From an uncultured Phycisphaerales bacterium (lineage in GTDB: Bacteria > Planctomycetota > Phycisphaerae > Tepidisphaerales > Tepidisphaeraceae), in contig CAVWVQ010000003.1 in the NCBI GenBank assembly GCA_963758525.1, positions 4,320,001-4,384,000 on the forward strand: a stretch of DNA of 64,000 nucleotides, written 5' to 3'. The position numbers and the translations under genes were made by a program. The notes below the pieces were generated by a model. The model saw nothing but the letters and a program-made list of their open reading frames with translations. It was not told the DNA's origin and made no database searches. Of the stretch, positions 44,703 to 55,159 are shown in pieces. Positions within the stretch are counted from its first letter, which is position 1. Each line of letters starts with the position of its first letter.

Positions 44703-47120
44703 ATGGCCGAATCTCAGATCATCGAAAGAACCGAAACCGCCACCACGATCCGCACGGGGGGCAACGGCCAGCGCACGGTCCTTCCCAACGTCCTGCCGAT
44801 TCTTCCGATTCGCAATATTGTCGTCTTTCCCGGCACCGTGATGCCGCTCAACGTCGGCCGGCCCAAGAGCAAGGCGCTGCTGGACGAAGTGATGCCGGGG
44901 GAGAAAATCATCGGCGTCTGCACCCAGAAAAATGCCGATGTCGAAGACCCGCAATACACCGACTTGCACACCGTTGGCGTCGCGTGCGTGATCCTCAAGC
45001 TTTTCAAGCTCCCTGACGGAAACCAATCGATCATCGTGCATGGCTTGGCGCGATTTCGTCTTTTGTCGCTGGAGCAGACCGAGCCTTTCGCGACCGGGCG
45101 GATCGAAGTGCTGGAAGACACGCTCACCCCCGGCCCGTCGCTGGACGCGCTGGTCGCATCCGTGCGGCAGCAGGCCAATCGCGTCATCGAGCTTTCGCCC
45201 AATACGCCCGACGAGGCGCAGCAGGTGTTGAACAGCATCACCAATCCGTCGGCGCTGGCCGATTTCCTGGCGGCTAATCTCCAGGCCGACACAATCGACA
45301 AGCAGCAGATGCTCGAAGAGCTCGACGTGGAAAAGCGCCTGCGGATGATCGCTTCAAAGTTGGCCACCCAGCTCGACGTCCTGGAATTGCAGAGCAAGAT
45401 TCAGTCACAGGTCAAGGAAAACATCGACAAGTCGCAGCGGCGCTATTACCTGCAGGAGCAGTTGAAGGCGATCCGCAAGGAACTGGGCGAGACCGAAGCC
45501 GGCGGGGGTGGAAGCGAAGTCGATCTGCTCCGCACCAAACTCGAAGCGGCCAAGCCTCCCGAAATCGTCATGAAGGAGGCGTTGCGCGAGCTCAACCGCC
45601 TGGAGAGCATCCCCAGCGCTTCCCCGGAATATGGCGTCATTCGCACTTACCTGCAGATTCTCAGCGAACTGCCATGGAGCGTTGAGACAACCGACAAGAT
45701 CGATCTGCCCGAAGCGCGGGCGGTTCTTGATCGCGATCATCACGACCTGGACAAGGTCAAACGCCGGATCATTGAGTACCTGGCGGTTCGCAAGCTCAAG
45801 CCGGAAGGCGGCGGAGCGATTCTCTGCTTCGTCGGTCCGCCCGGCGTCGGGAAAACATCGTTGGGGAAGAGCATCGCCGAGGCGATGGGCCGCAAGTTCA
45901 TCCGCGTAGCCCTCGGAGGGGTGCGCGACGAGGCCGACATTCGCGGCCATCGCCGGACATACATCGGTTCGATGCCCGGGCGCATCATTGCCGAGCTTCG
46001 CAAAGCCGGCACGCGCAATCCGGTGATGATGCTCGACGAGATCGACAAGCTCGGCGCCGACTTCCGCGGCGACCCCGCGTCGGCACTGCTCGAGGTGCTC
46101 GATCCGGCTCAGAACCACACGTTTACCGACCATTACCTCGACGTGCCCTTCGATCTGTCGAAAGTGATGTTCATCGCGACCGCCAACACGATGGACACGG
46201 TGCCCGGCCCGCTGCGCGACCGCATGGAAGTGATCGAGATTCCCGGGTACACCGAATCCGACAAGCTCAACATCGCCCGCCGCTATCTTGTTCCCCGCCA
46301 GCTCGAAGCCAACGGGGTGGCGCCCAAGCAGGTGAAGTTCATTGACGCGGCACTCCGATGGATCATCGAGGGTTACACCCGCGAAGCGGGGGTGCGGAAT
46401 CTCGAGCGGAATATCGGCGCGGTCTGTCGCGCTATCGCAGCCGACATCGTGGGCGGCAAAACCGAGAAGGTTACCGTCGATCGTGACATGGTCAGCAAAG
46501 TGCTCGGGCCGCGCCGATTCGAGCCGGAACTGGCGTCGCGCACCAGCGTTCCCGGCGTGGCCACGGGTCTCGCCTACACCCCCGTCGGCGGAGAGATACT
46601 CTTCATCGAAGCCACGCGGTTCCCCGGTAAAGGGAATATTACGCTCACCGGCCAGATCGGCGATGTCATGAAGGAATCGGCAACGGCGGCGTTCAGCCTG
46701 ATGCGCTCGTGCGCCGAGTCGCTGGGCATTAACGCCAAGCTGCTTGCCGAGAGTGATATTCACATTCACATTCCTGCCGGCGCCATTCCCAAGGACGGCC
46801 CCAGCGCCGGCGTCGCCATGTTCACCGCGCTGGCGTCGCTGCTGATGAATCGCCCGGTGCGCCACGACGTTGCCATGACCGGAGAAATCACCCTGCGCGG
46901 CCTCGTGCTTCCGATCGGTGGGCTCAAAGAAAAAACCCTGGCCGCCAAGCGCGCTGGCATCAAGCAGGTCATCGTTCCCAAGCGAAATGAGAAAGACCTG
47001 CCGGACATCCCCGATGAAGTGAAGGCGAGCCTGAAGTTCAATTTCGTCGAAACAGTCGACGACGTACTGGCAATCGCGCTGGGCGCTGGCCGTAAGGTGA
47101 AGGCGCCTGCGAAAAGTTGA
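44703..47120 (+). CDS. lon: Endopeptidase La (Lon protease)
   Basis: LON N-domain, GPPGVGKTS, LDEIDK, PKDGPSAG, GGLKEK. Confidence 0.98.
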   Translation: MAESQIIERTETATTIRTGGNGQRTVLPNVLPILPIRNIVVFPGTVMPLNVGRPKSKALLDEVMPGEKIIGVCTQKNADVEDPQYTDLHTVGVACVILKLFKLPDGNQSIIVHGLARFRLLSLEQTEPFATGRIEVLEDTLTPGPSLDALVASVRQQANRVIELSPNTPDEAQQVLNSITNPSALADFLAANLQADTIDKQQMLEELDVEKRLRMIASKLATQLDVLELQSKIQSQVKENIDKSQRRYYLQEQLKAIRKELGETEAGGGGSEVDLLRTKLEAAKPPEIVMKEALRELNRLESIPSASPEYGVIRTYLQILSELPWSVETTDKIDLPEARAVLDRDHHDLDKVKRRIIEYLAVRKLKPEGGGAILCFVGPPGVGKTSLGKSIAEAMGRKFIRVALGGVRDEADIRGHRRTYIGSMPGRIIAELRKAGTRNPVMMLDEIDKLGADFRGDPASALLEVLDPAQNHTFTDHYLDVPFDLSKVMFIATANTMDTVPGPLRDRMEVIEIPGYTESDKLNIARRYLVPRQLEANGVAPKQVKFIDAALRWIIEGYTREAGVRNLERNIGAVCRAIAADIVGGKTEKVTVDRDMVSKVLGPRRFEPELASRTSVPGVATGLAYTPVGGEILFIEATRFPGKGNITLTGQIGDVMKESATAAFSLMRSCAESLGINAKLLAESDIHIHIPAGAIPKDGPSAGVAMFTALASLLMNRPVRHDVAMTGEITLRGLVLPIGGLKEKTLAAKRAGIKQVIVPKRNEKDLPDIPDEVKASLKFNFVETVDDVLAIALGAGRKVKAPAKS

Positions 47121-47130
47121 GGATTTCGCG

Positions 47131-49202
47131 TTACGCGGAGTGCTCGATGCGGGGCGCAACGCCGCCGATGTTAAGAATGCGCGTCGTCAGCGAAGAAGGG
47201 GTCGGCCCGGCGGGCCCGCGGTCCAGAATGTCCTCGGCATAGCATCGCAGCAGTTCTCCGGTGGCGATCGCGCACGCGATCGTGCCGCCAGGCGCATGCG
47301 GCGCATCGCCGTCAAACAATTCGTTGATCAACCCGAGCCCCGCTCCCCGCAGTCGATCGAGACACGGTTGAAGTAATGCCGCCGCATGCGCACGGGCTTC
47401 GTCGCTGCGGCCGCTCAACCGGAGGCTGGCTGAGATGTAGGGGCCCATCAGCCAGGGGAAGACGGTGCCGTTGTGATACGCCCGGTCTCGCGAGACAATC
47501 GCGCCGTTGTAATGTCCGATATAGTTCGCGTCGCGCGGCGAAAGCGTTCGCAGGCCAAATGGCGTCAGCAGGTCGCGACGCAAGAGTTCGAGAACCCTTT
47601 CGCAGCGGTCCGCCTGCAGCACTGGGAAGGGAAGGGACAGGGCCAGCACCTGGTTTGGACGGATCGAACCATCGGGAACCTCGTCTCCGACGACGTCGAA
47701 ACAGCACCCGGCCATGTCGTTCCAGAATCTTCGGTTAAACGCCTGATGCACGGAGTGCGCCAGATCAGCCAGCTCCGTTGAGAGAGGAGTGCGTCCAAGC
47801 CGCTCGGCGAAATCCGCCGCGATGCACAGGGCGTTATGCCACAGCGCATTCAATTCCACCGGCCGGCCCGCGCGGTGTGACCACCCAATCGCCGGCCTTG
47901 GCGTCCATCCACGTTGTTGGAATCCCCGGCTCCCGCGTCGAAATCAGTCCGTCCCGATCCATGCGGATGCCCAGGTCCGTCCCCTTTCGATACGCCTCGA
48001 TGATCTTCATCACCACGTCAAACAGTTGTCGAACGGTGGCTTGGTCATCGCTGTATCGGAAGTACTGAAACACCGCGTGAACGAACCAGAGGGAGACATC
48101 CGCGCCGTGATAGAGCGGCTCATCAATCTCCTCCGAAAAATCGGTGGGCAACAAGCCATTCTTCAGATGCGAGGAAATCTCCAGGAGCAGATTCCGCGCC
48201 TCGGCAAAACGCCCGGTCGTGAGGTACAGGCCGGTAAACGCAATCAGCGTGGCGCGCGGAGAGGGAGCAAACCAGTGGTATCCCGCGATACAGGCCGCAA
48301 CGGCTTGTTCGTCGCCGCGCCGCGGCAATGAGACCGGGAAGCAGTCCGCCGCGCGGCGCAGCGCATCGAACGCCGGATCGGGAGAGGGCTCACCGTTGCG
48401 ATTGACGGCTTTGATGTCTCCCTGCATCGACGCAAACGTCTGTGCGTTCACCTTCTGGATTGCTTCCGCAAGTACGATCGGATCGGCCGAGCAGACGAAA
48501 TGCGCCGCCTCTCCGGGTACTAGCTTGAGATGCAGCACGCCGGGGCTCCACAGATCCTCCAGACCCCCGTAGCCGCGTTCGCGTTCCCGCCGATAGATCG
48601 TGTTGAGGTACCAGCAGGGCGCATCGTGAAAGTCGCCGCTGCTGGCGAAGAACACCTCGGGGCTTTTGCTGGTGGGGGCTACCTGATAATGGCCCGGCGA
48701 GCGCAATTGTGCCGCGAGCCGGCCGTTGCCCTGGTAAGTAAGTTCGTGAATGGGACGCAGGGCGAAGAGCGGGCGAACTTCCAACTCGACCGACCGTTCC
48801 GCGCCCAGTAATGTGTATGTCAGAACCACCGCGTTTTCGCCGCGCAGAAGGCGGACCTGCTTTTCGAGCGTCCAGCCGGCCGACTGATATGCCCAGCGCG
48901 GATGCGGCTCATTGCTGAAGGCGCAAGAGCTGATCCCCACGGGGAAAGATCGCGCCGGGATATTCGTTGCAACCCAGATCGGCGTGGCCGGAGTTCCAAA
49001 CAACGGTTTCTTCAACACGCGACAGCAAAACGTGACGCCGCACCGGTGGCGCCATCGCGGCAACGAGCAATCCATGATAGCGGCGGGTATTCAAGCCTGG
49101 GATCGACGAGCTGGCATACCCACCAATCCCATTGGTGATCAGCCATTCCCGGGAGATCAGAGTGTCAAAATCCAAATCGGCTGGCGACAATCCCTCGTCC
49201 AC
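47131..49202 (-). CDS. Amylo-alpha-1,6-glucosidase (glycogen debranching enzyme-like); frameshifts at ~48922 and ~47870
   Basis: REWLITNGIGGYAS..RRYHGLL, IAGYHWF, TWMDAK..VTPR|GRPVELNALW, RPNQ, PFGLRTL, AYHNGTV. Confidence 0.9.
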
Positions 49203-49293
49203 AACTACCTCCCGTACCCCAATACACCATTATCTTTCGCCAACATGAGGGATCAAGGCGTGTTCCAGTAAACGCGCATCAGGAAATTACTGA

Positions 49294-50577
49294 TCAATAC
49301 TGCGGGCCACCGGGGTTAACGTCTTTGTTCCAGAGCGAAATCCCCCCGGCCATGCTCTTCACGTCCTTGAAGCCTGCCTGTCGCAACGCCTGCGTGAAAT
49401 TCATCGATCGGCCGCCGCTCTTGCAATGCACAACGACCTTCTCGCTCGCGTGCGGCTGAAGCTCGCCCAGCCGTTGCGAGAGGTGCTGCAGCGGAATCAA
49501 CTGCGTCCCCTCAATGTGCGTGATCTGGTACTCATTCGGGAGCCGGCAGTCGACAAAAAAGAACTTCTCTCCCTTGTCGAGCATTGCCTTCACCTCGCGC
49601 GGCGTCACTTCCCAATCGGGCTTGAAGGGATAGCCGGGGGGAAGGCCGCGGCTGTCCAGGTTGGACGCCGGCGCTGCGGCGGGGGTCACGGGATTTTTGG
49701 CGTGTTGCACTTCTGCCTCTGTTTCCGCGGCGGACTTGGGATCGAGAATCGGCACGCCGCAAAACTGTTCGTAATCGATCGGCTTGGTAATGGTCGGATG
49801 CTCGCCGCAAACCGGGCAAGCCGGGTCGCGCCGCACCTTGAACGTCTTGAACTCCAGATCGAGCGAGCTGTATGTCGTCAACCGGCCGATCGCGGGCCGC
49901 CCGATGCCGAGAATCAGCTTCACCGTTTCATTGGCCTGCATGCTGCCGACAGTTCCGCAGATGACGCCCAGAACGCCTCCCTCGGCGCAACTCGGCACCG
50001 ACCCGGGATCAGGCGGCTCGGGATACATGCAGCGATAACACGGCCCGGCTTCCTTCGTATCCGGATTCTGCAAATGCGGCGCGAAGACGGTGACCATTCC
50101 TTCAAACCGGAAGATCGAGCCATACACGTTGGGCTTCTTGAGAATCACGCAAGCGTCGTTAACGCAGTAGCGCGTCGGAAAATTGTCGGTGCCGTCGATG
50201 ATGATGTCGTAATCTTTGATGAGATCCAGGACGTTGGAACTGTTGACGACGGTTTTATGCTCGATCAGCTTGAGGTCGGGGTTGAGATCCTTCAGCCGCT
50301 TGCTGGCAGCTTTCACTTTGTCTTCGCCGATGTTGCTGACGCCAAAGAGAATCTGTCGCTGCAGATTGCTCGGGCTGACCACGTCGATGTCCGCCAGGCC
50401 GATGGTCCCAACGCCGGCCGCGGCAAGGTAAAGACTGATCGGACAACCCAGCCCGCCGGCGCCGATGCAGAGCACCTTCGCGGCCAGCAGGCGCTTCTGC
50501 CCTTCCACTCCCACTTCCGGCAGCAGCAGGTGCCGCTTATAGCGGTTGATTTGTTCGGGGCTCAATTGGCTGGCCAT
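49294..50577 (-). CDS. ThiF/MoeB adenylyltransferase with C-terminal rhodanese domain (MoeZ-like)
   Basis: RYKRHLLLPEVG, GAGGLG, SNLQRQ, CYRC/CPVC zinc sites, rhodanese HCKSGGRS. Confidence 0.93.
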   Translation of the reverse strand: MASQLSPEQINRYKRHLLLPEVGVEGQKRLLAAKVLCIGAGGLGCPISLYLAAAGVGTIGLADIDVVSPSNLQRQILFGVSNIGEDKVKAASKRLKDLNPDLKLIEHKTVVNSSNVLDLIKDYDIIIDGTDNFPTRYCVNDACVILKKPNVYGSIFRFEGMVTVFAPHLQNPDTKEAGPCYRCMYPEPPDPGSVPSCAEGGVLGVICGTVGSMQANETVKLILGIGRPAIGRLTTYSSLDLEFKTFKVRRDPACPVCGEHPTITKPIDYEQFCGVPILDPKSAAETEAEVQHAKNPVTPAAAPASNLDSRGLPPGYPFKPDWEVTPREVKAMLDKGEKFFFVDCRLPNEYQITHIEGTQLIPLQHLSQRLGELQPHASEKVVVHCKSGGRSMNFTQALRQAGFKDVKSMAGGISLWNKDVNPGGPQY

Positions 50578-50588
50578 ATATATCTCGC

Positions 50589-50675
50589 AAAACAAGAAAA
50601 CCATGCCGCTGATCGGCATGGCCCTGATACTCACGCGGTCCAGCAGACTCTAGGAGTGCCCGCCGAGTTCGTCAA
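50589..50675 (-). promoter_or_regulatory. Sigma70-like promoter (TTGACG-N17-TAGAGT) followed by a terminator-like hairpin in the MoeZ-like gene leader
   Basis: -35 at 50675-50670, -10 at 50652-50647; 8-bp stem CCATGCCG/CGGCATGG (50601-50621) followed by UUUUCUUGUUUU. Confidence 0.55.
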
Positions 50676-50986
50676 GAAAGCCGATTCTCCGCGGGGCCGG
50701 CACCGTCCGGCACCGCGCCAGGGAGTCAAAAGTTGAGAATCAAAGGTGAATGGACATTCCGAAAGCCAAATGGATTGCCATCCGTTGGTCTTCCTCTCGA
50801 TTGGAAGATCCGCCCTTTACGCATCCCGTCGAACCGACCTTTCAGACGTAAAGGTGTAAGACTCCATTCCCGCGCCACGCCCAGGAAACCGCGATCAGCT
50901 TTACGCTTCTTTACGTTTTTTTACGTTTGCGGGCCGCCCAATCAATGTTGACAAAGTCTGCCTGGCGTACCGCGGCGGCGCGGCGC

Positions 50987-51910
50987 GGGGAAACGGCGAG
51001 CATGCTCGCCGGCTACACGAAGAGATGCGCAGATGCGAAAAAACCCGGAATCCGGTCCCGTCGTTCCTCTTTTCCCCGTGTAGCCGGTGGGCATGCCCAC
51101 CGGTTTCCCCCTTCCGACCTGTCGTCTCCGCCCCTGAAAATTCACGGCGAGCATGCCTGTCGGCTACACTGAAGAGAGAATGGTCCGCTGGTATCACGCG
51201 ATCTTCAGCGCTTACGGATTCTGGCTTCCGAACGATCCGCGGGGGTCGTGGTCGGACTTTGTGGGGTCGTGGGAGCTGTTGAAATTTGGGTGCGCAACCA
51301 CGACGGGCGAGAAGCGGTCGCTCGCGGCGGTAGCGCATGACGCGGATGTGCGCCGGAGGGCGAAATTAGCGCTGAAATATCCGCCGGTGCGGTTCAACGA
51401 CGCCCAGCGTCTCGCGATCGGAGCAGGCATCACCCAGGCCTGCGCCGAATCGAAGATCATTCTTCACGCCTGTGCGATTGGCTTCGATCACGTTCACATC
51501 GTCGCCGCCCGACATACGAAACGCGTGGAGCAGATCGTCGGACAATTGAAGGGCCGATCCACGCAGCACATGGGGGCGGCTGGATGTCATCCGATGCAGG
51601 CGGCGCTCCCGTCGACACGACCGCTGCCTACACCGTGGTCCGAGGGGTGCTGGTCCGTCTTTATCAATGACCACGAGCAACTCAGATGTGCGATCAAATA
51701 CGTCGAGCGCCATCCGCAAAAGGAAGGCCTCCCAGCGCAACGATGGACCTTCGTCCGTTCCGTCTCCTACGTGTAGCCGGTGGGCATGCCCACCGTTTTC
51801 TTTGGGTGTGGAAGACGTCGGACGGGGGGAAACGGCGAGCATGCTCGCCGGCTACACAAAAATACTTGCTGATTTCCCACTCTTCGTTTAGCCGGCGGGC
51901 ATGCCCGCCG
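50987..51910. repeat. Six GTAG-type REP copies flanking the RAYT gene
   Basis: GTGTAGCCGGTGGGCATGCCCACCG or the inverse CGGCGAGCATGCTCGCCGGCTACAC at ~50994, 51078, 51145, 51771, 51833, 51887. Confidence 0.9.
51180..51776 (+). mobile_element. REP-associated tyrosine transposase (RAYT, IS200/IS605 Y1 superfamily)
   Basis: YGFWLPNDPRGSWS, HUH motif DHVHI, catalytic Tyr in IKYVERHP; its stop codon is the TAG of a REP. Confidence 0.85.
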
Positions 51911-51945
51911 TGGTCCTTCGCGTTGAAAATCTTTTCACCGCCGTA

Positions 51946-51990
51946 TTGACAAGATTTCCATTCCGAACGTATACCTAACATTGTACGAAC
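51946..51990 (+). promoter_or_regulatory. imuA promoter with candidate LexA-type operator GAAC-N7-TAAC-N7-GAAC
   Basis: TTGACA at 51946-51951, TATACC at 51970; GAAC 51965, TAAC 51976 and GAAC 51987 at 11-bp spacing. Confidence 0.6.
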
Positions 51991-51994
51991 AGAG

Positions 51995-52975
51995 ATGAGC
52001 CATGCGATTTGTTTCCTGTCACGACGGCAAGCTTCAGGTGTTAAGTCCGCAGGAGTTCCGCGCCCGACCGCCCAGGCTTTCACCACCGGCTTGGCACCGC
52101 TGGACGCACTGGCGCCAGGAGGGGCGTTTGCCCGGGGAGCGGTGCATGAAATTCTCACCGCCCCCGAGCATGGCGCCGCCCTTTTTTTTGCGACGCTCCT
52201 GGCCGGAGCGTCGGCAGCGCCGCCGGGAGGCACGGGGGATGGGGAAGGCACGAAGGCAGTCGCCGCGGCGACTAAACTGCGGCACCAAGGCACAGGGGGA
52301 AGGATGGAGGAGGGATTCAGAGAGGGTTCAGGGTTCAGGGTTCAGACTTCAGCACAAAAATCCCCTTCCTCCCCTTCGTGCCGCAGTTTAGTCGCCGCGG
52401 CGACTGCCTCTGTGCCTTCGTGCCTTCCCCCTGATCCCCCTTCGTGCCTTGGTGCCTCCGTGCCTTCGTGCCGGCGATTCATCTGCTGGTGCGATCCCAC
52501 GCGGGAAATTTATCCGCCGGCGTTGGCGAGTCATGGCATCGCATTGACGCATTTATTTCTTCTGCATCCGAACGGCCCGCGCGATCTGCTCTGGGCGATT
52601 TCTGAATCTTTGCGATGCAAGGGGGTCGCCGCCGTCGTGGCCGCTCCGCCACGTCTCTCGCGCGTCATGGCGCGCCGTCTTCAGCTTTCCGCCGAGCGCG
52701 GCGGCGGCGTCGGATTGCTGCTGCGCAGCACCAACGCGCCGGGAATTGATTGCTATGCCGCCGCCACCCGCTGGCTGGTGCGCCCCCAGGCTGGGGAGCG
52801 CACCGTGCAACGATGGAACGTTCAACTGATTCACGGTCATGGAGGATGTATCGGACAGACCGTCATCCTGGAGGTAAGCCGTGAAAACCATTCTGTGCGT
52901 GCACTTGAATCGCTGGCCAATCGACCGATGGAGAAGAGCACAGGACAAACTTCGGGCGTTGCCAAGGCCTCGTGA
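51995..52975 (+). CDS. imuA: ImuA (RecA-like mutagenesis protein) with an in-frame hairpin insertion (~52221-52476)
   Basis: TGLAPLDAL.PGG..RGAVHEI, WCDP..IYPPAL, DLLWA..ESLRC, ARRLQLSAERGG, AAATRW. Confidence 0.88.
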   Translation: MSHAICFLSRRQASGVKSAGVPRPTAQAFTTGLAPLDALAPGGAFARGAVHEILTAPEHGAALFFATLLAGASAAPPGGTGDGEGTKAVAAATKLRHQGTGGRMEEGFREGSGFRVQTSAQKSPSSPSCRSLVAAATASVPSCLPPDPPSCLGASVPSCRRFICWCDPTREIYPPALASHGIALTHLFLLHPNGPRDLLWAISESLRCKGVAAVVAAPPRLSRVMARRLQLSAERGGGVGLLLRSTNAPGIDCYAAATRWLVRPQAGERTVQRWNVQLIHGHGGCIGQTVILEVSRENHSVRALESLANRPMEKSTGQTSGVAKAS

Positions 52976-54873
52976 TTGCCAAGCCGTTCCTCCTCAAAAA
53001 CAAATTCAAAACTTCCGGAACGCCACCCCCTCTCCCGGTACTCCGGGAGAGGGCAGGGGTGAGGGTGATTTCGAGCACCAACGGCACTTGACGTTCCAAA
53101 TCACCCTCACCCCAACCCTCTCCCGGAGTACCAGGAGAGGGGACAATCAAGCAGCCTCTCTCCTCAATACACATTCTTCCCAAGTTCCCCTGGTCATCGT
53201 TCGCACCGTCGCCGATCGGCAGGTGATTGTTTCTCTGTGCGACCTGGCCGCCCAGCGGGGAATTCGCCGGGGGATGACGCTCACGCAGGCCCGGGCGCTG
53301 TGCGCCGATGTCGAGCATGCCGAACACGACCCGCCGGCTGACCGTCGGGCGCTGGAGGCGCTGGGTCGCTGGCTCACGCGTTTTACGCCGACTGTGGCGC
53401 TGGACGCCAGTGAATCCGCCGACGGCATTTTCCTCGACATCACCGGCTGCGACCGGCTGTTTGGAAGCGTTGAAAATATTGTCCATCAGGTGATCGACGC
53501 CTTGGCTCGCCTGCGCATCAGCGCCCGCGTCGCAGTTGCTCCCACGCCTGGGGCGGCCTGGGCCTTGGCTGTCGCGGGGGAAAACGGCGATATCGCGTCC
53601 ATCGACACGCTGGCGGATATGCTTGCGCCGCTTCCTCCTGCCGCATTGCGCATCAGCGACGATCTTGCCGCGGCATTGCATCACCTGGGGCTGGTCCGCA
53701 TCCATCAGGTGATCGACCTTCCCCGCGGCCTGCTCCCGGTACGTTTCGGTCCCGAATTGCTTTTGCGCATTGATCAGGCACTGGGCCGAATCTCCGAGCC
53801 GCTGGTTCCGCTCCAATATCTTCCCCCCATCATTGCGCGTATGGATTTTGACGGCCGAGTCTCTTCGCTCGAAGCCATCTGGGCAGTCTTTCAGCAATTG
53901 ATCGGGCAGATCATCGCGCAGCTGACGCATCGCGGCTGCGGCGCTCGCCGGCTCGATATCGAGTTGCTCCATCTCCACGAGCCACCGGTCCGCAAAAGCA
54001 TTTTTCTCTCCCGTCCCTCGCGCGATGCGGTGAATTTGTTTAATTTATTTCGGTGTGGGATGGAGGAGGGGAGGGAAGGGACAAAGGGACAGAGGGACAA
54101 AGGGACAAAGGGAAGACAAGAAGGCACGAAGGCAGTCGTGGCGACTGCCTCCGTGCCTTCGTGCCTCTCTTCCCCTCCCCCTTTGTCCCTTTCCCCTTCC
54201 CTCTCCGACGACGGTTACAGCGGCATGATCCTCCATGTCCCCTTATTTGAGCCAATTTCCGATCAGCAACTCGGCCTTCTCGGCCAGGAAGAATATGACG
54301 GGCAACTCGAGCTCGATCGTCTCATCGAACGGCTGCGGATTCGCCTGGGAGAACAGACCGTCATGAGCACCCAATTAACCGAATCCTACATCCCCGAGCG
54401 CGCCTGGAGCGCCTGCGCGAGAAAGCAGGGCAGTAAAGCAGTTGAAAGGAAAGAAGAATTCCCACTCTAAAGCATCCCCTTCCTCCCCTTCGTGCCGCAG
54501 TTTAGTCGCCGCGGCGACTGCCTTCGTGCCTTGGTGCCTTCCCCCTGATTCCCCTTCGTCCCTTGGTCCCTTTGTCCCTTTGTCCCTTCCTCCTCCCATC
54601 CGTCCCCTTCACTTATTCCTTCATCCCATCGAAATCCGCGTGATGGTCAGCCCGTCGGATGATGCCGAAGGGCAGCCCGCCGCGTTTACGCATGAGGGGC
54701 AGGTCCGCACGATCGTTCACGCCGTCGGCCCCGAGCGTATTGCCGGGCGGTGGTGGGACGGCCACGACAAAACCCGCGATTACTTCGACGTGGAGGACGC
54801 CAGTGCCAGAAGGTTCTGGCTCTTCCGCGTGCGGGAAACCGGGCGGTGGTATTTGCATGGAGGGTTTGAGTGA
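52881..54873 (+). CDS. imuB: ImuB (inactive Y-family polymerase), three repeat insertions; frameshift at ~54415
   Basis: GIRRGMTLTQARAL, RFTPTV, DGIFLDITGC..LFG, LIERLRIRLG, PERAW; C-terminal RPLHL..GPERIAGRWW..RDYF..FWLFR..WYLHG lies in ORF 54442..54873. Confidence 0.88.
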
Positions 54874-54879
54874 AGAAGC

Positions 54880-55146
54880 CCGGGGAGAAGTCAGGAGCAA
54901 GAAGCCAGAAGTAAGAAGCAGGAATTGCAAATTGAGGATTGCAAATTGCAAAATTGAAGGGCGGCAATTTGAGATTTGAGATATTTGAGATTTGAAATAT
55001 TTGAGTCCTGGTGACCCAAAGGAGTAAGAACCATAAGGAGACAAAAAAGCCCCGTCCCCCAAAATTTGCATTTTGCAATCCTCAATTTGCATTTTGCAAT
55101 TCCCTCTTCTGACTCCTGGCTTCTGGCTCCTGGCTTCTGACTCCCT
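54880..55146. repeat. Composite inverted 7-mer arrays (AGAAGCC/GGCTTCT, GCAAATT/AATTTGC, ATTTGAG) between imuB and dnaE2
   Basis: Left arm 54885-54956 is the reverse complement of right arm 55062-55145; a further copy of the left arm lies inside dnaE2 at ~55636-55722. Confidence 0.85.
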
Positions 55147-55159
55147 ACTTCTCCAAAAA

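Noticed and set aside
50987..51910. CRISPR array
   Set aside because: The repeats alternate in orientation, are irregularly spaced, have GTAG ends and flank a RAYT; there are no cas genes.
54442..54873. Separate gene between imuB and dnaE2
   Set aside because: Its conserved part matches the normal ImuB C-terminus and its N-terminal part is repeat-derived.
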